From an uncultured Actinomycetes bacterium (lineage in GTDB: Bacteria > SZUA-79 > Acidulodesulfobacterales > Acidulodesulfobacteraceae), in assembly GCA_964631685.1 (NCBI GenBank), contig CAZVZU010000003.1, positions 158,127-222,126 on the forward strand: 64,000 nt of DNA, given 5' to 3'. This document shows, piece by piece, positions 31,397 through 40,765 of the stretch. The position numbers and the translations under genes are program-made. Each line of letters opens with the position of its first letter. The stretch's first letter is position 1. Under the pieces are notes generated by a model that saw only the letters and a list, made by a program, of their open reading frames with translations, was not told the DNA's origin and searched no databases.

Positions 31397-31424
31397 ATTC
31401 TACCACAAAATTAAAATTTTTCAA
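31397..31424 (-). promoter_or_regulatory. Sigma-70 promoter of the small peptide gene
   Basis: TTGAAA-16 bp-TAGAAT with extended -10 TG (TGGTAGAAT) on minus strand. Confidence 0.55.
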
Positions 31425-31597
31425 TTTATTTAAAAAAGTATTGATTTTTTTTAAATAATAATATAAGTATGATGTAAGTGTCGGCTAACGGTGTGTTTAT
31501 TTAAATTTTGCCGAATATCTCATTTGTTAGAGAGTCTATGCATTATGCCTTAAGAGTTTTAATTTAAAAATTAATTTTTTAGAGGAGAAAATTTGAA

Positions 31598-32164
31598 ATG
31601 AACAAAAAAACAAAGATTGGATTGTCGATTTTTGGTTTGGTTTTTGGCATCTCCACCCTTCTTTCCGGATGTGCTCCTAGAATTACCAAAACCACTTCAA
31701 ATGCTTTGCCTCCGGCAGAAAGGCCGGTCGTTGCAGTTAGCCCATCGCGCACGTACGCGCCGCAAGTTACCCCAAATGTTTCGACATATATAGAAAGGTA
31801 TCCTTGGCTTGCAAATTACAATATTCAGTCAAATTCCAACAACATTCATTTTGCTTTCAATAAGTCCGCACTTACGCCACTTAGCAAAATGTTACTCAAA
31901 AAGGATGCTATATACCTGAGGCATGATCCGAAATCAGTTATTCAGATACAGGGTAATTGCGACAGAAGGGGTTCGGAGGCTTATAATCTTGCACTTGGTT
32001 GGAGAAGGGCAAATGCCGCGAAGTCATATTTGGAAAATCTCGGTATAAATGCGAATAGATTGCAGACTATAAGTTACGGCAAAGAAAAACCGTTATGCGG
32101 AGTGCACACATCGGCATGTTATGCGGTCAACAGAAGAGATCATTTTTCTATTATTTCGCAATAA
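31598..32164 (+). CDS. pal: Peptidoglycan-associated lipoprotein (OmpA-like)
   Basis: Lipobox LSGC; IHFAFNKS, GNCDRRGSEAYNLALGWRRA, SYGKEKP, NRR. Confidence 0.9.
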   Translation: MNKKTKIGLSIFGLVFGISTLLSGCAPRITKTTSNALPPAERPVVAVSPSRTYAPQVTPNVSTYIERYPWLANYNIQSNSNNIHFAFNKSALTPLSKMLLKKDAIYLRHDPKSVIQIQGNCDRRGSEAYNLALGWRRANAAKSYLENLGINANRLQTISYGKEKPLCGVHTSACYAVNRRDHFSIISQ

Positions 32165-32189
32165 GGTTTACTATAAAATTTAGATGTTT

Positions 32190-32238
32190 AAAATAAATAA
32201 AGCCTTGAATACGTTGTATTCAAGGCTTTATTTATTTT
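32190..32238. terminator. Bidirectional intrinsic terminator between pal and bioC
   Basis: Perfect 23-bp inverted repeat AAAATAAATAAAGCCTTGAATAC-gtt-GTATTCAAGGCTTTATTTATTTT. Confidence 0.85.
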
Positions 32239-33119
32239 TTTAGTACCAGATATGCTATTTTATAAGTGGCATAAACTTTGTTATTGGCATTATGATAGCC
32301 TTTATCGTAGGCACTCAGGATTTGCCTCATTAAACCGGGTGGCATTTGTTCGGTATTGAGTGTATTCTTAGCGCCGAGCTTGTTTATCCCTTTTAATAAT
32401 TCGATGGATGAATCGGCAGTTTCGGTATATTTAAATATCTTAGAGCTCACTATTTTGAGTCCAGATTTATTTATTTTTTTTTCTATATATTCCAACTTAT
32501 TAAACTTGTGAAGTTTAAAATATTTTGTCGCTCGCCCAAAATATTTATTTGGATTATTCCCTTGTTTTTTGTTTAAAACTATCTCTGTGCATACGGCCAG
32601 TTCCCTTAGCGTACCAAATATCAAAAAGGATAATATAATAATACCATCATCTTTTAAGATCGATCTTACAGAGTCTAAAAAATATTCAACATTATTTAAC
32701 CAGTGGAGCGCCATATTAGAAAATACTATGTCGAATTTTTTATGTTTTAGCGGTAATAATTCCGCATCAGAGCAGATTAATGAGGCATTATCCGTGCCAG
32801 TAAAAGTAGAAAATTTTTGCTTAGCCTTATTTAGCAGTCCAAGTGCAAAATCAAGTCCAAAATAGTTAAATTTACAGTTTGACATAGATCGATGCAGAAT
32901 AAAATAGCCTTGTCCTGTCCCGCATCCTATATCTAATACGTTTTTTGGTGTACTAAGAGTATTAATTTTATTATCCGTGCAATATTTTTTTATAGTTTGA
33001 GACGTCATGCTGAGGGTCATATTATGATAAGACGTAAAATTATCGTAATGTATGGCGGCAGAAAAATTTTTTTTTACTTTGTTTTTATGAATTTTATATA
33101 TATCGATAGGTTTCTCCAT
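32232..33119 (-). CDS. bioC: SAM-dependent methyltransferase, malonyl-ACP O-methyltransferase BioC-like
   Basis: VLDIGCGTG, DAELLP, FSNMALHW, GTLREL; follows bioF. Confidence 0.82.
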   Translation of the reverse strand: MEKPIDIYKIHKNKVKKNFSAAIHYDNFTSYHNMTLSMTSQTIKKYCTDNKINTLSTPKNVLDIGCGTGQGYFILHRSMSNCKFNYFGLDFALGLLNKAKQKFSTFTGTDNASLICSDAELLPLKHKKFDIVFSNMALHWLNNVEYFLDSVRSILKDDGIIILSFLIFGTLRELAVCTEIVLNKKQGNNPNKYFGRATKYFKLHKFNKLEYIEKKINKSGLKIVSSKIFKYTETADSSIELLKGINKLGAKNTLNTEQMPPGLMRQILSAYDKGYHNANNKVYATYKIAYLVLKK

Positions 33120-33143
33120 ATTTGTTGTTTTCCCGTTATTTAG

Positions 33144-34358
33144 TTAGAGTGTCTGCCTGACGGCTGTTACGATATCCCTTAACGCATTCTTAAGGCTTCC
33201 AAAGTCAATGCCCGTATTTATACTTAATCGCAACCGAGCGCTTTTCTTTGGAACAGTCGGATATCTTACCGCTTTCAGATATATACCGTCTTTCAGTAAT
33301 ATTTTTTCTATTTCTACAGCTTTTTTTTCATCTCCTATTATTATGGGAATGATATGCGTGGTAGAATTTAATATATTTAATCCGGAGGATGTTAAAAAGT
33401 TTCTTGTGAATTCCGAATGGTTTTGTAGGGTTACGACAAGTTCTGGTTTTTTTATTATAATATTTACAGCTTCAAGGCTTGCCGCCGCCGCCGATGGCGA
33501 TAATCCGGTGGAAAATATAAAAGATCTACTAAAGTTTATTAGGTATTCGATAATCAAATTATTCGCAAGAACAAATGCTCCATTAGATGCTAGTGTTTTG
33601 CCGAGCGTCCCTATAATTATATCCGGTTTTACCCCATGCAAATCAACGCTACCGCCCCCCTTGTGCCCTATTGTTCCTGTCGCGTGCGCATCATCTATAA
33701 TGCTAACTGCGTCGTATTCTTTGGCTATGTCTAAAATATGTCGTAAATCGGGGATATCGCCATTCATACTAAACACGCCCTCTGTTATGACAAGTTTTAC
33801 CCGATATTCCTTTTGTTTTTTTAGTATATTTTTCAGATGACATAAATCATTATGTCTAAAACTTTTAAATTTGACACCCGTTGCCATAATTCCGTCAATT
33901 ATAGATGCATGGGAAAGCTCATCGAATGTTATAAATGTTTGTAGCGGAGATATGCCGGATAATGCCTTTACAATCCCTATATTTGCCTGATAACCTGAAG
34001 GATACAGTATGCATCTTTCGTAATTCCCCTTAAACTTACAAAGCAACTCTTCAAGTTTTCTGTGTGGCGAGGCGTGTCCGTATATCAAAAAAGAAGATGA
34101 ACTTGAGGTTCCATATGCATCAATGGCCTGTTTGGCGGACTTTTTTATTTTTTTGTTTAGAGAAAGCCCAAGATAATCATTTGTTGCAAGGTTAATAAAT
34201 TGTTTCCCTTTTTTATTTTCACCTAAATTAATGGTATAATCTACGACACGGTTTGAGATTGCGTTATTACAAGTAAAATCAAAATCAGGTATCTCTCTAT
34301 AGAGCCCTTTGTTTTTATTTTCTTCAAGCTTTTTGGAGATTAGATCTAATATCGGCAT
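33144..34358 (-). CDS. bioF: 8-amino-7-oxononanoate synthase
   Basis: NDYLGL, SGYQAN, HASIIDG, DDAHATG, GTLGK, AVRYPTVP..RLR. Confidence 0.92.
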   Translation of the reverse strand: MPILDLISKKLEENKNKGLYREIPDFDFTCNNAISNRVVDYTINLGENKKGKQFINLATNDYLGLSLNKKIKKSAKQAIDAYGTSSSSSFLIYGHASPHRKLEELLCKFKGNYERCILYPSGYQANIGIVKALSGISPLQTFITFDELSHASIIDGIMATGVKFKSFRHNDLCHLKNILKKQKEYRVKLVITEGVFSMNGDIPDLRHILDIAKEYDAVSIIDDAHATGTIGHKGGGSVDLHGVKPDIIIGTLGKTLASNGAFVLANNLIIEYLINFSRSFIFSTGLSPSAAAASLEAVNIIIKKPELVVTLQNHSEFTRNFLTSSGLNILNSTTHIIPIIIGDEKKAVEIEKILLKDGIYLKAVRYPTVPKKSARLRLSINTGIDFGSLKNALRDIVTAVRQTL

Positions 34359-34416
34359 GGCTACCTATTATAATAACACATATAAACTAAATTGTTAAAT
34401 AAGGCTGTTTTTATCT

Positions 34417-35175
34417 ATGCAAAATATTTTTGAGCTGACAGCGGTGGATTTATACCCGGAAATTATGAATATATATGGAGATAGAGGTAATATTCTTTAC
34501 TTTAAGTATAGGGCGTCCATGTATGGAATAGAGCTTAAAATTGAAAATATTTCATTAAAAAACAGCTTTAATCCAGATTGTACGGATATTATTTTTATGG
34601 GCGGCGGACAGGATGCAGAGCAGGCTTTAATTTATGAATATTTTATAAAAAATTGTAAAGATATGTTAAAAAAAGCGCTGAATGCCAATAAAGTAATGCT
34701 TGCCGTATGCGGTAGCTACCAGCTTCTGTGTGATTATTACAAATCTTCGGATAACAAAATTGTTAAGGGCATTTCTTTGTTTAATGCTTATACGGAATCT
34801 AAGCGTCCGAGGCTGACGGGGAATATTGCTATAAAATTTAACGATGTGATTGCTGTTGGCTTTGAAAACCATGGCGGCAGGACGTATTTAGAAAAAAAGC
34901 AAGAGTCTTTTGGCACTGTATTATATGGATCTGGCAATAACGGAGATGATAAAACAGAGGGCGCAAGGACTAATAATTTCTTTGGCACATACCTGCACGG
35001 CAGTTTTTTGCCTAAAAATTTTATGTTTTGCGATTATCTAATCGACATTGCGTTAAAAAACAGATACGATATGGCGCTAGATGAGATTATAGAAATAAAC
35101 GGCATTAAGCCTATAGATAATGTTTTCGAAACAAATGCGAGACGGGATATAAGAGAATTGAGAGGAATTATTTAA
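34417..35175 (+). CDS. gatD: Type 1 glutamine amidotransferase GatD (CobQ-like; lipid II isoglutaminyl synthase subunit)
   Basis: LYPEIMNIYGDRGN, GGGQD, VCGSYQLL, GFENHGGRT, GTYLHG. Confidence 0.88.
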   Translation: MQNIFELTAVDLYPEIMNIYGDRGNILYFKYRASMYGIELKIENISLKNSFNPDCTDIIFMGGGQDAEQALIYEYFIKNCKDMLKKALNANKVMLAVCGSYQLLCDYYKSSDNKIVKGISLFNAYTESKRPRLTGNIAIKFNDVIAVGFENHGGRTYLEKKQESFGTVLYGSGNNGDDKTEGARTNNFFGTYLHGSFLPKNFMFCDYLIDIALKNRYDMALDEIIEINGIKPIDNVFETNARRDIRELRGII

Positions 35176-35211
35176 ATATGCGTGATAAAACTACGAGAGA
35201 TGCTAACTAAA

Positions 35212-35625
35212 TTATTTTTTTTTGTTTTTGCGATACACTGTTTTAACGATCGTACTTAGCCCTCCCCTTGATTCAAACCTTGCTTCGACCTCCATTGATT
35301 TAGGTTGCAAGAGATTGCTTAGGTCGTCTAAAATTTTGTTTACTGCATGTTCTTGTAGTATTCCTACATTTCTGAAGGATAAAATATAGTATTTAAGGGA
35401 TTTCATCTCTACTAACTTCTTAGATGGAATGTATGTAATTAGAAGTTCTGCAGTGTCGGGAAGCCCTGTCCACGGGCAAACAGATGTAAATTCTTGGGTC
35501 TTAATGGTTATAGTAGTATCGTTGACAGAAGCATGATAATTAAAATCCATAGTTTCCAGAACATCAAAATCTACATTTTCTTCAGATAATACGTCGAATC
35601 TCTTATTTGAATATTTGTCTTTCAT
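35212..35625 (-). CDS. queF: NADPH-dependent 7-cyano-7-deazaguanine reductase (short type)
   Basis: EFTSVCPWTGLPD, VEMKSLKYY..SFRN.G..QE, RGG. Confidence 0.93.
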   Translation of the reverse strand: MKDKYSNKRFDVLSEENVDFDVLETMDFNYHASVNDTTITIKTQEFTSVCPWTGLPDTAELLITYIPSKKLVEMKSLKYYILSFRNVGILQEHAVNKILDDLSNLLQPKSMEVEARFESRGGLSTIVKTVYRKNKKK

Positions 35626-35843
35626 TATTGAATGCCCGTTACAAATTTTGTGTCGGTGTGCCTTGTTGAATTTCGACAGGGACGGACAGTGCGCGTTACA
35701 TAAATCTCCGCCGGCAATTTTGAGTATTGTTTTTTATTTGATATAATGTATCCCTATATTTTATAATGACTTGGACGGTACTACTTGTTTCCTTTGTTAT
35801 TTTACCATAACCGTATAATCAATTACAATTACTATTACTATAT

Positions 35844-36692
35844 ATGAAATGCAATAATTCTCCTATAGGAATATTTGACTCTGGGCTTGGAGGTTTAACG
35901 GTTTTTAGGGAAATAAGGAATATTTTGCCTGGTGAAGACTTAATATATTTTGGAGATACTGCAAGAGTTCCTTACGGTAATAAGTCAAAAGAGACAGTCC
36001 TAAGGTATTCGATGGAAATCTCCGAGTTCTTGATAAACAAGGGGGTTAAAATTATTGTTGTTGCGTGCAATACATCTTCTAGTTTAGCCTTGGAATATTT
36101 GCAAAAAAAGGCAAAAGTACCCATATTTGGTGTTATTAAACCGGGTGCAAAAAGAGCCGTTGCCATTTCTTCCGGGGGCAACATTGCTGTAATAGGAACA
36201 CACGCTACAATCAAGAGTAGGGCGTATTCAATTGCCATACGTGAAGAAATAAAAAAATTAGGTACGATTGAGAGAGGCAGATTTAAAAATTATTTTAAGG
36301 TTACTGAGGAATCATGTCCGCTTTTAGTGCCCTTAGTTGAAGAGGGTTTTTTAAATAACAATGAAATAACAAAAAGGGTGACAGAGGGCTATTTAGAATC
36401 GATAATCAAAGAAAGACCCTCATGCCTTGTCCTTGGTTGTACGCATTACCCTATACTTAAAAATTTGATATCAGAGGTGATAGGTTCGGATATTCAGATG
36501 ATAGATTCCGGAATTGAAGCCGCAAGGGCTGTAAAATGTTTTCTGAATGACAACAATATGCTAAGGGATAGTTCGGTTAGGGGGGACGAGCGTTTTTTTG
36601 TCAGTGACGACCCTGGCAGGTTCAAAACATTAGGCGAAAAATTTCTAGGTTTTGGTATAAAAACTATAAATGTTATCACATGTTTCCTATAA
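35844..36692 (+). CDS. murI: Glutamate racemase
   Basis: IGIFDSGLGGLTV, DTARVPYG, ACNT, LGCTHYP. Confidence 0.97.
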   Translation: MKCNNSPIGIFDSGLGGLTVFREIRNILPGEDLIYFGDTARVPYGNKSKETVLRYSMEISEFLINKGVKIIVVACNTSSSLALEYLQKKAKVPIFGVIKPGAKRAVAISSGGNIAVIGTHATIKSRAYSIAIREEIKKLGTIERGRFKNYFKVTEESCPLLVPLVEEGFLNNNEITKRVTEGYLESIIKERPSCLVLGCTHYPILKNLISEVIGSDIQMIDSGIEAARAVKCFLNDNNMLRDSSVRGDERFFVSDDPGRFKTLGEKFLGFGIKTINVITCFL

Positions 36693-36739
36693 AAGATTGG
36701 TTGTTATCGTATAAATTGTAACGGAGGAATTGTATAAAT

Positions 36740-39178
36740 ATGATAAAAAATTTAAGGAGCGAATTAAAACATAGGCTTGTTGTTTCAGATGGAGCTGCGG
36801 GAACGGTGCTTCAGTCAAAAGGGCTTCTTCCTAAGGGTTTACTCCCTGAGAGCTTTAATATTTCCGAGAAAATAGACTATATCAAGGATGTTCATAAAAG
36901 TTACTTGTTGTCCGGAAGCGAGATAATAGTCGCTAATACCTTTGGCGCAAATAGGGTGAAATTAACGGAATATGGACTTGGCGATAGGGTTTATGATGTT
37001 AATTTTAATGCTGTTAAAGCTGCAAAAGATACAGTCGGTGACAGCGCTCTTGTCGCAATGTCACTTGCCCCTACTGGCAGGTTTATTTATCCCGTTGGAG
37101 ATTTGAATTTTAAAGAAAGTGTAAAAATATACAAGGAACAGATTATTGCGGGACTCGAAGCGGGCGTAGATTTGTTTCAACTTGAGACAATGATCGACTT
37201 ACAGGAGGTTAGAAGTGCGGTTATTGCCGTTAAAGAGATGTGCAATAAGCCCATTATCGCTATGATGACATTCGATAAGACATATAGAACCATTCTAGGG
37301 ACGACTCCTGAGGTTTTTGCAATCACGGCGGATAGCTTGGGGGTTGATGTTATTGGAGCAAATTGCTCTGTAGGTCCGCAGGATATATATGAAATTTTAA
37401 AAAAAATGTCTGCGGTTACCGATGTACCACTTATATCAAAACCAAATGCTGGAATCCCAAAATTAGTGAACGGAAAGACGATGTATCAGGGTAAGCCGGA
37501 AGATTTTACTTCTTTGGTTGAGGAGCTTGCATTAATAGGCGTTAGGGTTATTTCAGCCTGTTGTGGTAGCGATGAATCATTTATAAGGGCGCTTGTCACT
37601 GAAGCATCTCGCGTAAACAGCGCGGGTATGCATCAAAAGGGTATTAAAAAAGAACAGAGATTATATCTGACATCAAGGACGGATTTTGTGTCATTGGGGT
37701 ATAATCGTCCTGCGGTTGTGATTGGTGAGAGGATAAACCCGACAGGCAAGACGGCATTTATTGAAGAACTTAAAAACGGGAAAACCAATTACATCAGGAA
37801 GGCTGCGGTGAAGCAGACAGATGCAGGGGCTATGATTTTAGATTTAAACGTCGGGGTGCCCGGAACTGACGAGGTTGAGCTTATAAAGAAAGGGATAATT
37901 GCGGTAACAAATGTATCGCATGTCCCTATATCTATCGATTCTTCAGATCCGAATGTTATAGAGGAAGCCCTGATGTTATATCCAGGCAAGCCCTTGGTAA
38001 ATTCAATAAGCGGTGAAAAAAAGAAATTAGAAAAGATTATGCCACTTATCAAGAAATACGGCGCGGGTGTATTGGTGCTTGCCCTTGATGATGAGGGGAT
38101 CCCTGAAACGGCCGAAAAAAGGCTTAAAGTGGCGTATGATACATATAGAACGCTTGTTGATTACGGTATTAAACCTTACGATATTATTGTGGATTTTTTA
38201 ACATTGCCTATCAGCGCCGGACAGGAAAAGGCAATGGTAACATTGGAAGCGCTTGCAAAAAACAGGGCATCCCTAAACCTTCCTGTTGTTTTGGGCGTGA
38301 GCAACATATCTTTTGGGCTACCAAAACGGACATATATAAATTCATCCTTTCTGTGCCTCTGTCTCAAGGAGGGGCTCAGTGCTGCAATAATAAATCCTGA
38401 AGACGACATACTGACGGCAAATTTTTATGCTACGAGTGTCCTATTAGGTAAGGATTTTTTATTCAAGAAATACATAAATAAATTTTCCGAAAAGGCTAAG
38501 GGATATGCCGATGATAAGGATAAAAAACAGGCATTAAATGTTAAAAAAACAGCCGGTGAAAAACTGCATAATGCTGTTCTTCATGGCGAAAAAGAATATA
38601 TCGAGTCTTATGTAGAAAATTTGCTGAACGATGGAGTGCTCCCTTTGGATATTGGTAATAAATTTTTAATACCTGCATTGGAAGAGGTCGGAAGACTTTT
38701 TGATAAAAATATTTATTTTCTTCCTCAGGTTATGGAAAGTGCCGATGCTATGAAAATAGCCTTTACTAGAATTAAACGGGAATTTCCCAAAAATGCTTTT
38801 TTCAAGGGTCCAAAAATATTAATGGCTACGGTGGAGGGTGATGTTCATGACATAGGCAAGAATATCGTATCCATGCTTCTTGAAAATAGCGGTTATGATG
38901 TTATAGACCTTGGCAGAAATGTAAAAACAAAGAAAATTATAGATGAGGCGGCAAGGCTCAATGTGGATTTTGTCGGACTCTCTGCATTAATGACGACGAC
39001 CGTCACTGAAATGGAACGTGTCATAATAGAACTTAAAAAACACGATATAAAGGTATTTTCTATGGTGGGTGGAGCGGTTGTGACAGAGGATTACGCGAAG
39101 TCGATAAATGCTGATATTTATGCCAAAAACGCAATGGAAGCTGTTGAAAAAATTAAACAATTCGTTACAATGCCATGA
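36740..39178 (+). CDS. metH: Cobalamin-dependent methionine synthase (Hcy, pterin and B12 domains; no AdoMet reactivation domain)
   Basis: DGAAGT, ANTFGAN, GANCS, ACCG, IGERINPTG, GDVHDIGKNIV, SALMTTT; ends after the B12-binding domain at 812 aa. Confidence 0.9.
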   Translation: MIKNLRSELKHRLVVSDGAAGTVLQSKGLLPKGLLPESFNISEKIDYIKDVHKSYLLSGSEIIVANTFGANRVKLTEYGLGDRVYDVNFNAVKAAKDTVGDSALVAMSLAPTGRFIYPVGDLNFKESVKIYKEQIIAGLEAGVDLFQLETMIDLQEVRSAVIAVKEMCNKPIIAMMTFDKTYRTILGTTPEVFAITADSLGVDVIGANCSVGPQDIYEILKKMSAVTDVPLISKPNAGIPKLVNGKTMYQGKPEDFTSLVEELALIGVRVISACCGSDESFIRALVTEASRVNSAGMHQKGIKKEQRLYLTSRTDFVSLGYNRPAVVIGERINPTGKTAFIEELKNGKTNYIRKAAVKQTDAGAMILDLNVGVPGTDEVELIKKGIIAVTNVSHVPISIDSSDPNVIEEALMLYPGKPLVNSISGEKKKLEKIMPLIKKYGAGVLVLALDDEGIPETAEKRLKVAYDTYRTLVDYGIKPYDIIVDFLTLPISAGQEKAMVTLEALAKNRASLNLPVVLGVSNISFGLPKRTYINSSFLCLCLKEGLSAAIINPEDDILTANFYATSVLLGKDFLFKKYINKFSEKAKGYADDKDKKQALNVKKTAGEKLHNAVLHGEKEYIESYVENLLNDGVLPLDIGNKFLIPALEEVGRLFDKNIYFLPQVMESADAMKIAFTRIKREFPKNAFFKGPKILMATVEGDVHDIGKNIVSMLLENSGYDVIDLGRNVKTKKIIDEAARLNVDFVGLSALMTTTVTEMERVIIELKKHDIKVFSMVGGAVVTEDYAKSINADIYAKNAMEAVEKIKQFVTMP

Positions 39179-39192
39179 AGATTTCATGGCAT
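39170..39192 (+). other. Perfect hairpin spanning the metH stop codon
   Basis: ATGCCATGAA-gat-TTCATGGCAT. Confidence 0.5.
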
Positions 39193-39354
39193 GTTCGTAA
39201 CAATTTAACAATGGTTGTAAAATTTTTTTAAAAGTGTAGTACTTATAAAGTAGATTTATTAAACAAATTAAGCAGTTAATCATATTGCTTAATTTTTAAT
39301 CAATATTAAGTTATTAATATTTATCATAAAGTGTTGTAACTTATTTAATTTATT

Positions 39355-40761
39355 ATGATTTTGAGATTCAAAAATATACTGGAAATTTTTTTTTATAAAT
39401 TCTTAAAAATTACCTTAAGGACTATTTTTAAAAGGGAAGGTGATGTTTTGCCTGCCCATGTTCTAAGAAAATTAGACAAAAATATTTTCGATGATTTTTC
39501 CAAAGATATTGCTTCTTGCGATATCCCCATAATTATTATTACGGGAACTAATGGCAAAACCACAACATCAAATTTAATTTCCTGCGCACTCAAAGATAGC
39601 GGCAAAAAAGTGTGTACTAATTCTAACGGCGCCAATATGCCTAACGGAATTTTTGGCTCTATCTTTAGCTCGTATAAATTAACACTAAAATTTGATGCTG
39701 ATTTCATTGTCTTGGAGGTAGATGAAAAGGTCTTTCCGTTTATTGTTTCAAGGTTAAAGCCAGATGTTGTTGTCGTTGTTAATTTTTACAGAGATCAGCT
39801 TGATAGGTATGGTGAGATAAACTTGACGGTTGACACAATAAATAATGCCGTAAAAGGTTTGCCTTGCTTACCCCTTCTTGTTTTGCCGTCTTACGAGCCC
39901 TTGGCTGCATTTATCGGCTACAAGTTTGGCAATGTGCGTTTTTACGGTTTTGGGAAAAATTTCTTTAATGGCCGTAAAAATATAATTAAAACAGCCCATT
40001 CCGATTCATCCGATGCCCTGACTTGTCCAAATTGTGGGCATATTCTTTTTTACGAAAATACTTCAAGTAAGAGTATGTTCCTATTAAAATTTAGTTGTCA
40101 ACATTGCGGATTCGAAAGCATGGAACCGGCAGTTTACGCACATGAATCGCAAGAATCCAATAATAAATCGTTAAACGGCTTATATAATAAAAATACCGGA
40201 AGGGTATTTTACTTTAAACCGTCGCTACCAGGTGATTATAACATGGCTAATTACATGGCAGCCTATTCCGTTTTAAAAAATTACAAACTTAATGATGATA
40301 AAATAAGGCATGCATTTGAGAATTTTAGGACAAAATTTGGCAGGTCATACAAAATATTTCTGAGGGAAATTGAGTTCAACATAGATCTTGTTAAAAATCC
40401 TACCGGATTCAATAGGGTGCTTGAAAAGATTTGCAGTGAAGATTATCCGCTGAATATTTTATTTGCTTTTTCGGATAGAGATGCTGACGGCAGGGATGTT
40501 TCATGGATTTGGGATGTTGATTTTGAGTCGTATGTTGGTAAATTCGGTAATATCGTAATTACAGGTACCCGTCCGTTTGATATGGCGATAAGGCTCAGAA
40601 CTGCGGGTATTAAAGAAGAAAATATAACGGTGGACCATAATCTGAGGAGTTCTTTTAAGAGGATTGCTGAGATTTGTAAAAATGGAAGTGTTAAGAATAA
40701 AAAAATTTTTGTTTTACCCACTTATACTGAGCTTTTAAAGCTTAAAAGATATATAATATAA
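39355..40761 (+). CDS. murT: Mur ligase family protein MurT (DUF1727; lipid II isoglutaminyl synthase subunit)
   Basis: TGTNGKTTT, GANM, LEVDE, RDQLDRYGE, Zn finger CPNC..CQHC, KNPTG, DGRDVSWIWDVDFE, PTYT. Confidence 0.9.
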   Translation: MILRFKNILEIFFYKFLKITLRTIFKREGDVLPAHVLRKLDKNIFDDFSKDIASCDIPIIIITGTNGKTTTSNLISCALKDSGKKVCTNSNGANMPNGIFGSIFSSYKLTLKFDADFIVLEVDEKVFPFIVSRLKPDVVVVVNFYRDQLDRYGEINLTVDTINNAVKGLPCLPLLVLPSYEPLAAFIGYKFGNVRFYGFGKNFFNGRKNIIKTAHSDSSDALTCPNCGHILFYENTSSKSMFLLKFSCQHCGFESMEPAVYAHESQESNNKSLNGLYNKNTGRVFYFKPSLPGDYNMANYMAAYSVLKNYKLNDDKIRHAFENFRTKFGRSYKIFLREIEFNIDLVKNPTGFNRVLEKICSEDYPLNILFAFSDRDADGRDVSWIWDVDFESYVGKFGNIVITGTRPFDMAIRLRTAGIKEENITVDHNLRSSFKRIAEICKNGSVKNKKIFVLPTYTELLKLKRYII

Positions 40762-40765
40762 AAAT

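Noticed and set aside
31344..31424. Upstream extension of the small ORF to TTG31424 (61-aa ORF track call)
   Set aside because: The extension overlaps the predicted promoter and the strong SD lies before ATG31343, so the shorter start is much more plausible
33208..33840. 210-aa + strand ORF and the many other antisense ORFs in the track
   Set aside because: They lie wholly opposite well-supported genes (here bioF) and show no motifs; they are shadow ORFs
39176..39210. metH TGA stop with adjacent hairpin as a possible Sec codon
   Set aside because: The hairpin contains the stop codon rather than lying downstream, there is no Cys/redox context, and the domain is complete
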